A DNA stretch of 64,000 nucleotides. It comes from Candidatus Terraquivivens ruidianensis. GTDB lineage: Archaea; Thermoproteota; Nitrososphaeria_A; Caldarchaeales; Wolframiiraptoraceae. Where the stretch lies: positions 44,334 to 108,333 of the forward strand of contig JALNLB010000002.1 in the NCBI GenBank assembly GCA_023267885.1. The letters are read 5' to 3'. Positions 37,958-46,922 of this stretch are shown here, piece by piece; positions within the stretch are counted from its first letter, which is position 1; each line of letters opens with the position of its first letter. Made by a program: the position numbers and the translations under genes. The notes under the pieces were generated by a model. The model saw nothing but the letters and a program-made list of their open reading frames with translations. It was not told the DNA's origin and did not search any database.

Positions 37958-38953
37958 CTACGCTATGTAATAGAGTTTCTGCCTTGCATCCCGGAGGAGC
38001 GGTTTCCTCTTCACCATACCCTTACCTATCAGCAACGTTAAGGCTTGCCTCATCGTCCTGTCAGGCAACATGGTCTTCCTCACAAGCTCCCTATGCGTAA
38101 GGGGTCCCTCGTACTCGAGCGTTTTCAGGATTAGCTTGGCGCTTGGTGGTATCTTCAGGAGTTCCTCGGCGAGTTGGACTTTCTTCACCATCTTCTCTAA
38201 GACGTAGGAGCTACCCGGGAGCCTCACCAGTCGCGCTGGGACTTCGTGTTTCTCGACATCTACCTTGCTCTCGACTTTGAGTCTAATCGTGCCGTCTATG
38301 ACCACCTCGCACCTTGCCCTCGAGTGTATGCCGTTTATGAGAACCCTAGAGTCGTCCGGCACTACGAGCGGCCTCCTCGTGACGTCTAAGGAGTTAACGG
38401 GCACTATCACGAACACCTTCGCCTTGTGAGCGACCATAGGTCCGCCGGCGGATAGCGCGTAGGCGCTCGAGCCCAGGGGTGTCGAGATCATCACGCCGTC
38501 GCTGTAATCCCTCCACACAATCTCGTTGTCTATCGTCAGCGTGTACTCCATTATGGTGGCGCTCTTCGAGGGGAAGATTGCGGCCTCATTCACGGCGGGC
38601 GGGACCTTTTTGCCGTCTACGGAGACGGAGAGCCTCGTGCTCTCCTCCACACTGTATCTCTTTTTTTGGATGCTCTCGAGCGCTTGCGGGAGGTCCTTTA
38701 TGGATACCTCCGTTAAGAATCCCCTGGTCTCTGTTTCGCACACGCCGAGTACTGGCACATGCTTCGAACCGAGTTCATGGAAAGCCATTAGAACGTCGCT
38801 GTCCGTTCCTATGACGAGAGCGACGTCGTTGTTCGCATACTCAGCGTCGGCCAAGCTTTTTAGAGCTTTATACTCCATGTCGAGGGACTCTACGGTCGCG
38901 CAAACCTCCGCGGCCAACTTTTCTGACCTGCTGGGCATCCTAACGTAGAGCAA
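37958..38953 (-). CDS. NAD kinase-like protein with C-terminal winged-helix extension
   Basis: NADK core motifs are AVNEAAI and DGVMISTPLGSSAYALSAGGPMV. The GGDG motif reads GTDSD. The C-terminal roughly 65 aa (LILKTLEYEGPLTHRELVRKTMLPDRTMRQALTLLIGKGMV) look like a wHTH. Confidence 0.72.
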   Translation of the reverse strand: MLYVRMPSRSEKLAAEVCATVESLDMEYKALKSLADAEYANNDVALVIGTDSDVLMAFHELGSKHVPVLGVCETETRGFLTEVSIKDLPQALESIQKKRYSVEESTRLSVSVDGKKVPPAVNEAAIFPSKSATIMEYTLTIDNEIVWRDYSDGVMISTPLGSSAYALSAGGPMVAHKAKVFVIVPVNSLDVTRRPLVVPDDSRVLINGIHSRARCEVVIDGTIRLKVESKVDVEKHEVPARLVRLPGSSYVLEKMVKKVQLAEELLKIPPSAKLILKTLEYEGPLTHRELVRKTMLPDRTMRQALTLLIGKGMVKRKPLLRDARQKLYYIA

Positions 38954-39010
38954 AGGTGCACACCTGGTTTTCAGCCATAGACGACTCTTAGGCCAGTCGT
39001 TATAAAAGCC

Positions 39011-40312
39011 TTACATTGCATGACCCTTAAGTACCTGTATTCCTGCATACTTTGCAGCTCTACCAAGCTCTTCCTCTATCCTGAGTAACTGATTATACTG
39101 GGCAGTCCTCTCGCTTCTGCATGGTGCACCAGTCTTTATTTGTCCTGCATTCAACCCAACCGCTATGTCCGCAAGCCACGTGTCCTCCGTCTGACCTGAC
39201 CTTTCGGAGACTTGGACGGCATAGTTGTTCCTGAAAGAGAGCTGGGCCGTATCCAAGGCTTCGCTGAGTGTACCAACTTGGTTGACCTTCAATAGGAGGG
39301 CGTTCGCGGCCTTCATCATGATTCCCTTCTCCAGCCTCTTCACGTTGGTAACGAACAAGTCATCACCAATTATCTGAATCCCGAGCGTTCTCGTCAACTC
39401 GGCAAACCCTTCGAAGTCCTCCTGCTCCAGCGGGTCCTCGATAGACTTGAGTGGGTAAGCGGAGACCAGCTCCTCGTAAAAGTCCATGAGAGCCTCCCTG
39501 CTAACCTCCTTTCCCATCAACGTATATTTCTTCGTCTTTTCGTTGTAGAGATGGCTGGCGGCGATGTCCAACCCGAGTACGAACTTGCTCCCGTACCCAA
39601 GCTCCTCTATGACCTTCAGTTCAACTTCAAGAGCCTCCCTCGGGTCCTTCATACCCGGCGGCGTATATCCGCCTTCGTCGGCGACGTTCAAGGAATGCCG
39701 GCCCCATTTCTCAGCCAGCACCTTTCCGAGCTCATAGTAGACTTCCGTGCCCATCCTTATCGCATCGGAGAAGGACTTGGCTCCCACGGGCACTACCATG
39801 TGCTCCTGAAAGTCGAGTTCGGTTGCAGCCAGCTTTCCGCCGTTTATAAGGTTCATAAACGGTATGGGAAGTATGCGGGCGTTAGGCCCACCTATGTACC
39901 GATAGAGGGGAATGCCCAGCGCCTCGGCCGCAGCCTTTGCCACGGCAAGGGATACGCCAACTATCGCGTTGGCCCCCAGTTTCGATTTGTTCTCAGTTCC
40001 GTCAAGCTCGATGAGTAGCTCGTCGATTTCCCTTTGGTTTCTCACGTCCCTTCCCTTCAACGCGGGAGCTACGATTTCGTTCACGTTTCGAATAGCCTTA
40101 AGGACTCCCCTTCCCAGATACCTGCGCTCTCCGTCCCTAAGCTCGAGAGCCTCATGTTTACCAGTTGACCGACCGCTTGGGACCGATGCTCGGCCCAGAA
40201 AACCTCCTAACGTCAATACGTCAACCTCGACAGTCGGCTCTCCTCTACAGTCAAGGATTTCCCTCGCCCTAACTTCCTTTATTTTAAAGCGCTCCGACCT
40301 ATCCCGACTCAT
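39011..40312 (-). CDS. eno: Enolase
   Basis: Motifs SGRSTGKHEALELRD, GDDLFVTN, SERSGQTED and IKTGAPCRSERTAQYNQLLRIEE. Confidence 0.95.
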   Translation of the reverse strand: MSRDRSERFKIKEVRAREILDCRGEPTVEVDVLTLGGFLGRASVPSGRSTGKHEALELRDGERRYLGRGVLKAIRNVNEIVAPALKGRDVRNQREIDELLIELDGTENKSKLGANAIVGVSLAVAKAAAEALGIPLYRYIGGPNARILPIPFMNLINGGKLAATELDFQEHMVVPVGAKSFSDAIRMGTEVYYELGKVLAEKWGRHSLNVADEGGYTPPGMKDPREALEVELKVIEELGYGSKFVLGLDIAASHLYNEKTKKYTLMGKEVSREALMDFYEELVSAYPLKSIEDPLEQEDFEGFAELTRTLGIQIIGDDLFVTNVKRLEKGIMMKAANALLLKVNQVGTLSEALDTAQLSFRNNYAVQVSERSGQTEDTWLADIAVGLNAGQIKTGAPCRSERTAQYNQLLRIEEELGRAAKYAGIQVLKGHAM

Positions 40313-41670
40313 AACCCATCGACCACTATCACGTTAAGGTCCGCAACGTTCGTTCCGGTCGGACCTGTGATAATGACATCCCCAAGCTCCTTTAGCACGT
40401 AAGATGATGAGTGCTTCATTAGGTTTTCATAGACATCTATCCCTTTTTCCTCCGCCCTATCTAACGTGTAGCCGTCAACTATTCCTCCAGCTACATCCGT
40501 TGGACCATCTGTACCATCAGTATCCATCGAGGCTAAGACTATTTTCTTGTTATTATGGATTTTTAGAGAGAAGCTTAGGGCGAGTTCTTGGCTCGGTCCT
40601 CCTTCACCAGATTGACTTGTAACCGTTACTGTCGTTTCACCGCCGGCGATAAGCACGCAAGGTGGTTTGATGGGTCTGTGCTTCTTCTCTACCTCTTTAG
40701 CGATGCTCGCCAAAACTATGCCAGCTTCCCGGCTCTCACCTTCCATCACGGTAGACAGAATGATGGAGTTAAGTCCCAGTTCCTCAGCCCTCCTCTTTGC
40801 GGCTTCACATGCAGTCTCGATGCTTGCCAACACCACGTCGTGAACCTTTAAGCGCTCAAAGTCTTTTGGCTTCGGTGTTTCCATGTTTTGAGTGTTCAAC
40901 CCCATCTCGAGGTGCCTTCTTACGGAGTCAGGGACTTTTTCCCAAAGTCCATACTTCTTGAGAATACGTATGGAGTCAGGGAATGTCGTTGGGTCCGGAA
41001 CTGTTGGACCCCATGGAAGACCAGCCACCTCATCGACAAGTATAAGGTTGATTACTTCGGCAGGGTGAGCGTAAATGGCGAGTCTCCCACCTTTTATGGC
41101 CGAGATGTGGTTTCTGACGGCGTTTATCTCGTCTATCGTAGCACCGCACTTCAGCAGCAAATCCGTCACCCTCTTTTTATCATCCAAGCTTATACCGTCG
41201 GCTGGTAAGGGCATTAGCGCAGAGCAACCGCCGGTTACGCCAACGAACACAAGGTCCCCATCCTGAGCACCCTTCGCTATCTCGACGACCTCCTTTGCTG
41301 CCTCCAATCCTGCCTCGTCGGGTATAGGATGACTTCCTTCCGCCACCTTTACCGTCTTGAGCTTGCGACCCTGTCCCCTCTTCTCTATCATCATCCCCGC
41401 GCTGATTCTGCTACCTAAGATGTCTTCTAAAGCTTCAGCTATCCTAACCGACCCCTTGCCAGCGCCCACCACGTATATGTTTCGAACCCTTGAGAGGTCG
41501 TACTTTAAGTGGCCGACGTTCAGCGTCTGACCCTCGACAAAAACAGTCCTTCTAACGAGTTCATAAGCATCTACGGCCACAAGAGCGTATTCAATTATAT
41601 CTAGCGCAATGCTTCTTCCTTCTACATTACCATGAGAGAGCAGCACCTGCTTGTTTTTAATAACCACCAT
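40309..41670 (-). CDS. Glycerate 2-kinase (MOFRL family)
   Basis: N-terminal DUF4147-like region and C-terminal MOFRL motifs (AGGETTVTV, SMDTDGTDGPTD, GPTGTNVADL). The stop overlaps the eno start by 4 nt. Confidence 0.82.
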   Translation of the reverse strand: MVVIKNKQVLLSHGNVEGRSIALDIIEYALVAVDAYELVRRTVFVEGQTLNVGHLKYDLSRVRNIYVVGAGKGSVRIAEALEDILGSRISAGMMIEKRGQGRKLKTVKVAEGSHPIPDEAGLEAAKEVVEIAKGAQDGDLVFVGVTGGCSALMPLPADGISLDDKKRVTDLLLKCGATIDEINAVRNHISAIKGGRLAIYAHPAEVINLILVDEVAGLPWGPTVPDPTTFPDSIRILKKYGLWEKVPDSVRRHLEMGLNTQNMETPKPKDFERLKVHDVVLASIETACEAAKRRAEELGLNSIILSTVMEGESREAGIVLASIAKEVEKKHRPIKPPCVLIAGGETTVTVTSQSGEGGPSQELALSFSLKIHNNKKIVLASMDTDGTDGPTDVAGGIVDGYTLDRAEEKGIDVYENLMKHSSSYVLKELGDVIITGPTGTNVADLNVIVVDGL

Positions 41671-41736
41671 GCGTATTCCTTTTGACTTGGTTGCTGTATC
41701 TTTAAAAACGTTTTAGAGAAGTGGTAAATAGCGCAC

Positions 41737-42198
41737 TTATCTAACCTTTGCCGGCAAGGAGAGGTTTCTGTCGGAGACGATTGACGGGTGATGGGGATCA
41801 ACCATTATAACTTCGTACCATCTGTAGAGACCATCACTCGCCACCCAGTAAGCGCCGAGCGGGTAGAGGTTCGGATACCTCTTCTTAACCCTATTTATGG
41901 CCTCCTCCTTCATGGATACGTTGACCTTGTGCTTCACGACTCCGATGGCCTTCGGTCTTCTGCCAGACCTCGGCCTCAGCCTTGCAAACCCTCCCCTCCT
42001 CACCCTTACCCTAACGACCACGTAGCCCTGCTTGTCTCTGTAGCCGAGACTCCTCGCCCTATCGAGTCTCAACGGCTTGTCGACCCTTACGAGGGCAGGC
42101 TGCCTGCGCCACTCAATTACCCTCTTCTTCATGAGTTGCTTTAGCTCCTCCGGCTTCTCCCTCCAAAGCTTCGAGAGTTGTGCATACACGCCCGCCAT
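41737..42198 (-). CDS. rpl15e: Ribosomal protein L15e
   Basis: The YAQLSKLWR..RLDRARSLGYRDKQGYVVVRVRVRRGG pattern is typical of L15e. Confidence 0.93.
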   Translation of the reverse strand: MAGVYAQLSKLWREKPEELKQLMKKRVIEWRRQPALVRVDKPLRLDRARSLGYRDKQGYVVVRVRVRRGGFARLRPRSGRRPKAIGVVKHKVNVSMKEEAINRVKKRYPNLYPLGAYWVASDGLYRWYEVIMVDPHHPSIVSDRNLSLPAKVR

Positions 42199-42289
42199 GT
42201 CCGTAAACCCTTACCCAATTGTTTGTACGTTCGATGCCGGCCCCATTTAATAAGCTTATCAGCCGCTTCTACCATCGCATAGATTAGTT

Positions 42290-42703
42290 ATGAAGGTTCT
42301 GAGCGTAACTGCTAGGGTCATATGCCATGCCACGGAGGATGAGAGGAAGGTGCTCAAGGCTCTCGAGAACATCTTGGGTGGCATAGAGGGAGGGAGCCTT
42401 AAGAGGGAGGGGCTAAGCGGCCATTACGGAGACCCCATAGTCCTTTTAACCTTAGAGTTAAAGGATGAGAACAGGACGAGAACCGTGCTGGAGAATCTGA
42501 AGAAGGGCTTGAGTATCGCCGAGAAGCTTATGCTGGCATCTGAGGCGTTCGAGGAGAAAGGACAGGAGGGCGTGCTCTACATAAGGCTTGACAAGCAAAG
42601 CGCATACCTCGGAAGGTTGAAGCTCTCGGAAAGGGACGCCGTAAGGCTTGAGCTTAGAATCGTCGGAAGCTTAGACGATTTGAGGCATGAGATGGGTGTT
42701 TAG
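42290..42703 (+). CDS. Predicted RNA-binding / exosome-associated protein (COG1325, PF01877-like)
   Basis: HATEDERKV and GHYGDPI motifs as I recall for this family. It sits directly upstream of Rpp30 and Pop5, as in the archaeal exosome/RNase P superoperon. Confidence 0.62.
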   Translation: MKVLSVTARVICHATEDERKVLKALENILGGIEGGSLKREGLSGHYGDPIVLLTLELKDENRTRTVLENLKKGLSIAEKLMLASEAFEEKGQEGVLYIRLDKQSAYLGRLKLSERDAVRLELRIVGSLDDLRHEMGV

Positions 42704-42705
42704 TA

Positions 42706-43383
42706 GTGGGTAAAAGGGCGTTCGTTGACTTTTGGATAAGGCCTCGTGATGTCGATGTTGCAAAGAAGATGTGCGAAAGGGCGGTCAAGCTTGGATACTC
42801 GGCGTTAGTCGTCGAGGCGTCTAAACCAATGCTGGAAGAGTTAAAGAGCGACGTTAAGGGGTATGGTTTGGAGCTGTATAGCAAAGCCGTTGTATCCGTG
42901 AGGGCCAGGAGTGACGTGCTCGAGGCGGCAGTTAAGTTCAGACACAATCATGACGTGCTAACGATGCAGTGCTTGACTAGGGATGCGGCCTTAGTGGCCT
43001 TAAGGGATGGAAGGGTTGACACGGTCGCACTCAGGCCGAGCGATCTCATGACCTTCGATAGGCATATGCTATCCGTAACACGAAACTCCATAGAGCTTAT
43101 GCTCGTAGATGCAATTTCCGATGTGGCTGCGCTCCAAAAGATGAGGAGTCTCGTGCGGTTTATTGATATAAAAGGGCTAAGTGTTGTCTTTTCTTCCTCT
43201 GCTTCTAGTCCCGTGGAGCAAAGGGGACCTTTTGAGGCCGCATGCCTCATCAACGCACTCGGTCTTAACTTTGAGCGTTCGCTCGATGCACTCTCAACAG
43301 TACCGTTAAACATACTGTTCAGAAACAGGGCCAAGCTCTCCGGTAAGATGGTACAAGAGGGCGTATGGTTTGTTGAGGGCTAA
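42706..43383 (+). CDS. rnp3: RNase P protein component 3 (Rpp30)
   Basis: About 225 aa with FVDFWIRP near the N-terminus and VVFSSSASSPVEQRGP..LGL near the C-terminus, resembling archaeal Rpp30. The gene context agrees. The start codon is GTG. Confidence 0.75.
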   Translation: MGKRAFVDFWIRPRDVDVAKKMCERAVKLGYSALVVEASKPMLEELKSDVKGYGLELYSKAVVSVRARSDVLEAAVKFRHNHDVLTMQCLTRDAALVALRDGRVDTVALRPSDLMTFDRHMLSVTRNSIELMLVDAISDVAALQKMRSLVRFIDIKGLSVVFSSSASSPVEQRGPFEAACLINALGLNFERSLDALSTVPLNILFRNRAKLSGKMVQEGVWFVEG

Positions 43384-43690
43384 GCATCGGTATATTTTCG
43401 TGAAACCTTTCCCAGAGGACGTTAGGCTTGATAAATCTGATGTCTGGAAGGCGATACAATCGAGCCTCAGGTCTCTTGTCGGCACGTTGGGCTATGCGGA
43501 TGCTAACCCGTATCTGATAAGAGTGCAAAAAAATTTGAATGGCCTCGTGATAAGATGCGATTCAAAGCAAGTTAGGACGCTGGTAGCCGCCATCGCCCTC
43601 ATCAAAGACATCGGAGGGGAAAACGTCTCTCTGGATGTCATAAGAGTTTCGGGTACATTAAAGGCCATGCTTAAAAAATTAAAATACTAA
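43370..43690 (+). CDS. rnp2: RNase P protein component 2 (Pop5)
   Basis: LRAKHRYIFV..GLVIRCD..VIRVSGTLK matches the Pop5 pattern. It overlaps the rnp3 end by 14 nt. The start codon is TTG. Confidence 0.82.
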   Translation: MLRAKHRYIFVKPFPEDVRLDKSDVWKAIQSSLRSLVGTLGYADANPYLIRVQKNLNGLVIRCDSKQVRTLVAAIALIKDIGGENVSLDVIRVSGTLKAMLKKLKY

Positions 43691-43718
43691 AACAGCTGAT
43701 TCTATTTTAGATGGTGAT

Positions 43719-44168
43719 ATGAGAATAGCCGTAGGAAGTGACGAGAGGACCAAGCTGACAGACTTCGTGATTGAAGAACTGAAGAGGCGGGGCCATACCG
43801 TTAAGCTTTGCGGCGCCCTTTCCAAGGACGTTGCTCCGTGGCCGGACGTTGCCATTGAGGTCGCTGAGAGCATTCTCAAGGGAGAGGTAGACGAAGGAAT
43901 ACTGTTCTGCTGGACTGGGACGGGTGTCACGATAGCGGCCAACAAGGTTCCAGGCATAAGGGCAGCCCTATGTAGCAGCAGCGAGATTGCTAAGGGCGCA
44001 AGGAAGTGGAACAAGCCTAATGTTCTGGCGATGAGTCTCTCTGAGACGACAGAGGAAGAGGCAAAAAAGATATTGGACGCATGGTTCTCGACAAACTTCG
44101 ACCCTTCTGAGGAGGAGAATGTGAAGAAACTGGATGAGATAGAAAAGAAGTTTACAAGAAGGCCATGA
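43719..44168 (+). CDS. rpiB: Ribose-5-phosphate isomerase B (RpiB/LacAB family)
   Basis: MRIAVGSDE and GILFCWTGTGVTIAANKVPGIRAALC. Confidence 0.85.
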   Translation: MRIAVGSDERTKLTDFVIEELKRRGHTVKLCGALSKDVAPWPDVAIEVAESILKGEVDEGILFCWTGTGVTIAANKVPGIRAALCSSSEIAKGARKWNKPNVLAMSLSETTEEEAKKILDAWFSTNFDPSEEENVKKLDEIEKKFTRRP

Positions 44169-44171
44169 AGG

Positions 44172-45101
44172 CTACCCCAGTTCTTTCAGCATAGAATCCA
44201 CGCAGTATCTTGGAAACTCTGTCAGCATGGCCTTGTAGCGGGAATCGGGTATCAAGAGGCTGGATGCTATTTCTTTTGCCCTTGCTACATAATCTTTAAT
44301 CTCTTTTATAAATACGCCATCCCTTTTTACGCTAAAGGAGACTTTTGGTAGGATTGCACGAAGATTGCCGGTCTTGGTCGCAACGTAAAGCTGTTTTACC
44401 GTCTCCTCGAATTGCCTGAGTATGAAGAGGGGAAGCTGTAGATGTCTCTTGCCCTTCATTATTTCAACATAATCGTCTGCCAGCTGGTAGGCCATACCAA
44501 CCATCTCGCCGTACTCCTTCATCAGCTTCCTTACCTTCTCGTCAGAATGTGCAAGTACTGCGGCGCTCTCAGCCGCGGCTGCGAATAGCGCCGCGGTTTT
44601 CTCTCTAGCTATCCTCGTGTAAAGCTTTTTGGAGAACGGCTCTCCCGAAAATATCTCTTCCAGTACCCCGGTAGAGGCGTCGTTCCATGCTTTGAGGAAT
44701 ATCTTGGCAAGTTCGACTCCCTTATCGAGTGTCGTCTGGAATGCGAGGTTGATGATCCTATGTCCCTGTATGACAGCATTCGCTATCCCTATCTGCCTCC
44801 AGAGTGCTGGTCTACCCCTTCTCTCTACGTCGCCGTCGATTATGTCGTCGTGAATCAAGCTTGCGTTGTGTGCCAGCTCTAAGGCACAGGCAACGTCAAG
44901 CGCCGCATCCCTATCTTTACCCCCAAGGGCATCGTAAACGAGCATAAGCAACGTAGGCCTTAATCTCTTCCCGCCCGATAGTACATTGCTTATAACTATT
45001 CTGTCGCTCCTGTTCTTAATCTTCTCCAAGAGCTTCTTGTCTATCTCTGTCCTAGTTACTCTCATGTAATCGGTCAGGTCAGCCCATCCTAAGGCCTCCA
45101 A
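44172..45101 (-). CDS. Polyprenyl (geranylgeranyl) diphosphate synthase
   Basis: The first Asp-rich motif is LIHDDIIDGD and the second is QLADDYVE. Confidence 0.85.
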   Translation of the reverse strand: MEALGWADLTDYMRVTRTEIDKKLLEKIKNRSDRIVISNVLSGGKRLRPTLLMLVYDALGGKDRDAALDVACALELAHNASLIHDDIIDGDVERRGRPALWRQIGIANAVIQGHRIINLAFQTTLDKGVELAKIFLKAWNDASTGVLEEIFSGEPFSKKLYTRIAREKTAALFAAAAESAAVLAHSDEKVRKLMKEYGEMVGMAYQLADDYVEIMKGKRHLQLPLFILRQFEETVKQLYVATKTGNLRAILPKVSFSVKRDGVFIKEIKDYVARAKEIASSLLIPDSRYKAMLTEFPRYCVDSMLKELG

Positions 45102-45200
45102 ATTTTTGCAACCAGCCTTCTTCGATTCTAAATGCTGGAAGGCATAACTTCCTATTAAAGAATATTTCTAATCGCCGCTTATTTGGGGAGAAATACGGCT

Positions 45201-45617
45201 TTAAAGGTACTTGCTCAGCCTAGCCTCTATCTGCCTTTTCGGCACTGCGCCGATAATCACGTCAACCGGTTGCCCATCCTTGAAAATTATCAAAGTAGGT
45301 ATGCTCATTATACCGAACTTTGCGGCAGTCGTCGGGTTCTCGTCCACGTTAAGCTTACCGAAGACTATCTTTCCTGCGTAATCCTTTGCGAGATCTTTGA
45401 TGACTGGGGCGAGCATCCTACAAGGTGCACACCATTCTGCCCAGAAGTCTACAACAGCCAGCCTGTTGTTTGAGAGGAAGTCGCTAAAGTTTTCGTCAGT
45501 AAGCGTGACGGGTTCGGAGGGCACGGGTGCCCCAAAATCGCCCTTAGCTTCTGACACCCTCTTCATGAACTCAGCAAGCTTACGTTGCTTAATTTTTTCC
45601 AGCTCGTCTTCGTGCAT
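45201..45617 (-). CDS. trxA: Thioredoxin
   Basis: WAEWCAPCR active site and IPTLIIFKDG. Confidence 0.9.
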   Translation of the reverse strand: MHEDELEKIKQRKLAEFMKRVSEAKGDFGAPVPSEPVTLTDENFSDFLSNNRLAVVDFWAEWCAPCRMLAPVIKDLAKDYAGKIVFGKLNVDENPTTAAKFGIMSIPTLIIFKDGQPVDVIIGAVPKRQIEARLSKYL

Positions 45618-45672
45618 GACAGTTTAACGCTAAATATCCCGTTAATAAACTATTCTCATTTCCACTGAAAAA

Positions 45673-46659
45673 TCACTCCGATAGTTTGTACGTACCCTTC
45701 TCGGACGGGCGTGTCTTGAAAGTCGCTTCCACGTCGTACCCTAGTTCCTTTATGCGGTCTACAACGTAACCCAAAGCATTTTCTACTACCTGCGAGTGTC
45801 GTGATATGCTGTACCATAAAATTCTGGATGGTCCCGCACCGCTTATCGTCTCGGCGATGCCATATTTTTTAAATAAGTGAAGCTTCTCCTCTTCCAAGAA
45901 TCGCCAATCTATGCCATTCCCGTACACTTGAGAATCAGCCCTGGCCTTCTCGACGACCGTATCCCATACTATGTTCTTCAGGATGCTTTCTACGTCACCC
46001 GTGACGAAGCCTGCGGACACTGCAGCGACTCTGGAAACGTTCCCGACCATATCGCTTTTATAGATGAGCGTAGGAACAGCCCTCCTCGCATCCTCCGTAG
46101 ACTTCTTCTCTACGTTCGGAATTATAACGACAACGCCGAGGTCTGATGGTGGCTTAAAGCTATAAACATGCGGCATGCCGCTGACATAATCCCTCACCAC
46201 AATGTTAAAACCTCCGCATACTGATGCAGATACGTTGTCCAAGTGCCCTTCTGGCTCACCGTACGATGCATAATGGACCAACTCGTCCTTTGATAGCGCT
46301 AGAGTAAGTAGCTCGTTCGCTGCAACGACAGCACCGGCAGCTTCTGCACCAGAAAGCCCAAGGCCCTTTCTCGGCGGTATGTCGACATGTACGACCATCT
46401 CAAACCCTTCATCGACGCCGTACTTGGCCATGAGTGCCCTGAGGGCCTTGCAACCAGAGTGAGCCTCTGGATTAGCACGGATAGCTTCTCCATATTTGCC
46501 TTTTAGCGTGAGCTTGATACCATCCCCGCCATTAGTCGATAGGTTTATCCTTAAAGACGGTTCCTTGAGCGCTATGGAAAGTACGTCGAAGCCTGGCCCA
46601 AGATTGGCAGAGCTGGAGGGAGCCCATACCGTTACAGCGTTTCGCCTTCTCATGCGCAC
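45673..46659 (-). CDS. thrB: Homoserine kinase (GHMP kinase)
   Basis: APSSSANLGPGFDVL and the GHMP motif PPRKGLGLSGAEAAG. Confidence 0.85.
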   Translation of the reverse strand: MRMRRRNAVTVWAPSSSANLGPGFDVLSIALKEPSLRINLSTNGGDGIKLTLKGKYGEAIRANPEAHSGCKALRALMAKYGVDEGFEMVVHVDIPPRKGLGLSGAEAAGAVVAANELLTLALSKDELVHYASYGEPEGHLDNVSASVCGGFNIVVRDYVSGMPHVYSFKPPSDLGVVVIIPNVEKKSTEDARRAVPTLIYKSDMVGNVSRVAAVSAGFVTGDVESILKNIVWDTVVEKARADSQVYGNGIDWRFLEEEKLHLFKKYGIAETISGAGPSRILWYSISRHSQVVENALGYVVDRIKELGYDVEATFKTRPSEKGTYKLSE

Positions 46660-46922
46660 GCATAATTGCTTGTGAGCAGTATCTAAGCATAACTACGGAG
46701 GCGTTTTAATGTGACAACTTTGTGCATTCAAAAGGGAAGTTTAAATTTATTTTGACTTAGAACGTTTTTTCTGAGATACGTTCCCAGTTTTGTGTTGAGC
46801 AAAAATGCGCACTAATTATTAAATACAATCAGTTTTTGTAACTACGCTAAGGTTGTGGGGTATGTGTCTTTGGCAGTAAGCAAACATACGAGTACCCGAG
46901 GTTCAAGAACGCATACACTAAT

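Noticed and set aside
41700-41720. The AAAACGTTTT palindrome between the glycerate kinase and L15e genes
   Set aside because: It has only 5-bp arms, is AT-rich and coincides with the likely TATA region of the glycerate kinase/enolase operon. It is not statistically notable.
46688-46845. The repeated 8-mer TAACTACG, about 150 nt apart in the thrB-trpE intergenic region, considered as a regulator half-site pair
   Set aside because: An 8-mer recurring once within about 260 nt is close to chance expectation, and there is no palindromic or spacing logic.
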